Part shown: positions 55,081 to 57,472 of the stretch, one piece after another
How the letters are laid out: the number at the start of each line of letters is the position of its first letter
Numbering within the stretch: position 1 is the stretch's first letter
Assembly: GCA_041611735.1 (NCBI GenBank)
Contig: JBFIML010000027.1
Coordinates: forward strand, 1 to 57,472
Reading direction: 5' to 3'
Source: Myxococcota bacterium
Lineage (GTDB): Bacteria > Myxococcota_A > UBA9160 > PR03
DNA length: 57,472 nt
Program-made: the position numbers and the translations under genes
Notes under the pieces: generated by a model
Databases searched by the model: none
What the model saw: only the letters and a program-made list of their open reading frames with translations
What the model was told of the DNA's origin: nothing

Positions 55081-55863
55081 ATGAGTCGAACGCGCGTGCC
55101 GCGCCGTCTCGTCACCATCTCCGTGAGCCACTTCTGTGAGAAGGCGCGCTGGGCGCTCGACCGTGCGGGCCTGGACTACGTGGAGGAGGGCCACTTCCCC
55201 AATGCCCACTACCTGGCGTCGTTTCCAATCGCACGGACTCCGTACGTGCCGATCCTCGTCGACTGGGGACGTGTCGTTCCCGATTCCACTGCAATCCTGC
55301 ATCACGTGGACGGCCTGGTGGCAGAGGATGCGCGCCTGTTCCCGGTCGGCGGCTCCGCGCTCGAGGTGAGCCGTCTCGAAGAGCGCTTCGACGCGGACCT
55401 CGGCCCGGCGACGCGTCTGTGGGCGTACTGGCACTGGTTCGGCCGCACCCGCGAGCTCCTGCACTACGCGGGCCACGGCACGCCGCGGCTGGAGCGGCTC
55501 CTGGCGCCGCTTCTGGTCGGCGTCATGAAGCAGATGACCCGGCGACGGTTCTCGATCGATCGCGAAGCGGCGGAGCGATCGATCCGTACCGTGCGCGGGA
55601 TCTTCGAGGAGGCGGGCGCGCTGTTATCCGACGGCCGCCGCTTCCTCGCGGGAGACCGGTTCACTGCGGCAGACCTGACCTTCGCGTCGCTCGCGGCCCC
55701 GGTGCTGCTGCCGCCCGAGCACGGTGTTCCGCTCCCGCCGATCGAGGAGGCGCCGCAGGCCATGCGCAGCGAGATGGAGCGCCTGCGCAAGACGGCGGCG
55801 GGCGCCTTTGCCCTGCGCCTCTACTCCGAGGAGCGGAGGCGCGCTGGGGCCGTTGGGCCATGA
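55081..55863 (+). CDS. Glutathione S-transferase family protein
   Basis: SHFCEKARWALD, VP, DSTAI, FTAADLTFASL. Confidence 0.9.
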   Translation: MSRTRVPRRLVTISVSHFCEKARWALDRAGLDYVEEGHFPNAHYLASFPIARTPYVPILVDWGRVVPDSTAILHHVDGLVAEDARLFPVGGSALEVSRLEERFDADLGPATRLWAYWHWFGRTRELLHYAGHGTPRLERLLAPLLVGVMKQMTRRRFSIDREAAERSIRTVRGIFEEAGALLSDGRRFLAGDRFTAADLTFASLAAPVLLPPEHGVPLPPIEEAPQAMRSEMERLRKTAAGAFALRLYSEERRRAGAVGP

Positions 55864-56525
55864 GCCCCGCCATGCGATCGTGGGACGCCCTGCCCGAGCG
55901 GCTGCTCGCGGACCGGGGAACCGAGAGCGCCGGCTTGCTGGCGCGCGGTCTCCGCCACTACCGCGCCGCCGCGCAATACCTCCACGGGCTCCCCTATGGT
56001 CGCAACTCCAATCGCTCGGACTACCGCCTCGTCCTCAAGGAGGGTCGTGGCACCTGCAGCACGAAGCATGCGCTGCTGGCGGCGGTGGCCCTGGAGCAAG
56101 GGCTCCCCGTCTTCCTCACCATCGGGATCTACGACATGAGCGAGGCCAACACACCCGGCGTCGGCCCGGTCCTCTCGGCTCACGGGCTCGACCGGCTTCC
56201 CGAGGCCCACTGCTATCTCACGTACCGCGGCCAGCGTGTCGACGTCACCCGGGGCGGCGTCTCGCCGCGCGAGGAAATCGCGGCCTTCCACCGGGAGTGG
56301 CGCATTCGTCCCGCGCAGATCGGCGCGCACAAGCAGTCGCTCCACCAGGCCTTCCTGCGGGAGTGGCTGGGTCGGAATCCCGACGTGGAGGAAGGCTTCG
56401 AAGCGCTCTGGGAGATCCGCGAAGCGTGCATCGCGGCGCTGGCTTCCAGCGGGGAAGCCGCTCTCGACAGCGGCGAAACTCCTACGGGGAGTGCACCGGG
56501 AGCGGACAGAAGGCGCCTTCGCTGA
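55860..56525 (+). CDS. Hypothetical protein, transglutaminase-like Cys/His/Asp motifs
   Basis: LPYGRN, GTCSTKHALL, PEAHCYL, VDVT; ATGA overlap; 3' end overlaps convergent gene by 44 bp. Confidence 0.72.
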   Translation: MSPAMRSWDALPERLLADRGTESAGLLARGLRHYRAAAQYLHGLPYGRNSNRSDYRLVLKEGRGTCSTKHALLAAVALEQGLPVFLTIGIYDMSEANTPGVGPVLSAHGLDRLPEAHCYLTYRGQRVDVTRGGVSPREEIAAFHREWRIRPAQIGAHKQSLHQAFLREWLGRNPDVEEGFEALWEIREACIAALASSGEAALDSGETPTGSAPGADRRRLR

Positions 56526-57051
56526 AGCCGTGGGACTCGATGCCCAGGGTGCGATTGAAGCGCGCCCGCCAGTTCTCCCAGGCGATGACGGCCACCAGCT
56601 CCACCAGCTGGGCCTCGTCGAACTGCTTGGCCAGCTCGCCGAAGAGCTCGTCATCCACCGCTACCGGCGTGCGCGACATCGCCGTGGCGAGATCGAGCAC
56701 GAGCCTTTCCACATCGCTGAACTGGGAACTGGTCCGGTAGTCCGGCAGCTCCCGCAGCTGCTCCTCACGCAGACCCTCCGCCCGGCCGACGGCCGAGCCG
56801 ATGTCGATTCAGAAGGGGCATCCGATCAGGGTCGCGGCGCGGATGCTGGCCAGCGACTTGAGGCGAGCCGGCACCCGCTTGGAGCGCTCCAGCGCCAGCT
56901 CGAAGGCGCCGTTGGCGCCGAGGACCCAGCCGTGATGCCCCATGACTCCGGCGGGCTCGAGGGTCCGACCGACCTTCTTGCGCGAGTAGCGGTTGGCGAT
57001 CCGCAGCAGCAGACTGGCCTCGGCGGGCGGAACGGGCGGGATGCGCGCCAT
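56482..57051 (-). CDS. AhpD/carboxymuconolactone decarboxylase family selenoprotein (CPFU, Sec81)
   Basis: ORFs 56809-57201 and 56482-56712 share a frame; TGA 56809-56811 lies in IGCPF*IDIG; SD AGGAGGT; hairpin downstream. Confidence 0.85.
56780..56798 (-). promoter_or_regulatory. Bacterial SECIS-like element
   Basis: mRNA GCUCGGCC-GUC-GGCCGGGC; G-first loop begins after an 18-nt gap from UGA. Confidence 0.75.
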
Positions 57052-57199
57052 GGAGCTCGGACCTCCTGGGCGAGACGTATAGCGCAGCCCTGGTCTGAGT
57101 TGCTTCGCGCAGGACGCCTGTAGTGCAGCCGTGATAGGCTTCGGAGCCAGCCGAGCGGGCCGATCAGCGGCGAGCACCTCGTCGCGACGGGGCGTCCCC

Positions 57200-57472
57200 A
57201 TGTTCGTCGGACACTACAGCGTGGCACTGGCGGGCAAGGCGGCAGGGCCCGGTGTGCCGCTCTGGGTCCTCCTGCTGGCGGCGCAGTTCGTGGACGTGCT
57301 CTGGACCCTCTTCGTCCTGCTCGGTATCGAGCAGGTGCGACTGGATCCCGCCCTGGCTTCCAACCCCCTCGACCTCCATCACATGCCCTATACCCACAGC
57401 CTGCTCGGGACGGCGCTGTGGGCGGGAGTGGCGGGTCTGCTCGCCGCCCGGATCGCGTGGCTCGGGGGAACC
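57200..57472 (+). CDS. Membrane protein, putative metal-dependent hydrolase family (partial)
   Basis: Own translation MFVGHYSVAL..PLW..QFVDVLW..GIE..MPYTHSL; extended -10 TGATAGGCT at 57132-57140. Confidence 0.8.
   Translation, partial: MFVGHYSVALAGKAAGPGVPLWVLLLAAQFVDVLWTLFVLLGIEQVRLDPALASNPLDLHHMPYTHSLLGTALWAGVAGLLAARIAWLGGT

Larger units (their letters stand above)
46564..55863 (+). mobile_element. Decaying integron gene-cassette array without integrase in window (CALIN-like)
   Basis: At least 6 attC-like elements with GCCCAAC-type/GTTGGGC-type ends between short co-oriented unrelated ORFs; more A/T-ending codons; right boundary uncertain. Confidence 0.82.

Overview
High-GC bacterial chromosome segment; gene content and order suggest a Myxococcota/deltaproteobacterium-like organism (inference). 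Positions 1-46,075 are core genome: radA, a polyprenyl synthetase, comEA, a Fe/B12-type ABC transporter, eno, an unusual DHDPS-family aldolase plus PfkB-SIS fusion pair, a TetR/diiron oxygenase pair, tRNA-Ala(CGC), an MBL-hydrolase/tandem-dodecin/NTP-transferase/YgfZ operon, a sigma54-type nitrogen cluster (porin, stand-alone Fis HTH, glnB-glnA, amtB-glnK), argH-lysA-dapFAB, DAHP synthase, PBP1B with a TPR lipoprotein, lspA and an acyl-CoA dehydrogenase/malic enzyme/acyl-CoA carboxylase cluster. From about 46.1 kb to the end is a run of short co-oriented accessory genes separated by intact and decaying integron attC sites, with no integrase in the window (CALIN-like). Highlights: (1) six attC sites carry an extended -10 motif (TGnTAnnnT, one degenerate) 66-71 nt upstream of the crossover, matching motifs ahead of housekeeping genes in the same window; (2) an AhpD/CMD-family selenoprotein (CPFU, in-frame TGA plus SECIS-like hairpin) split by the ORF caller; (3) a candidate Kdo/D-arabinose catabolic module; (4) a porin and an orphan Fis-type HTH within a predicted Ntr regulon.
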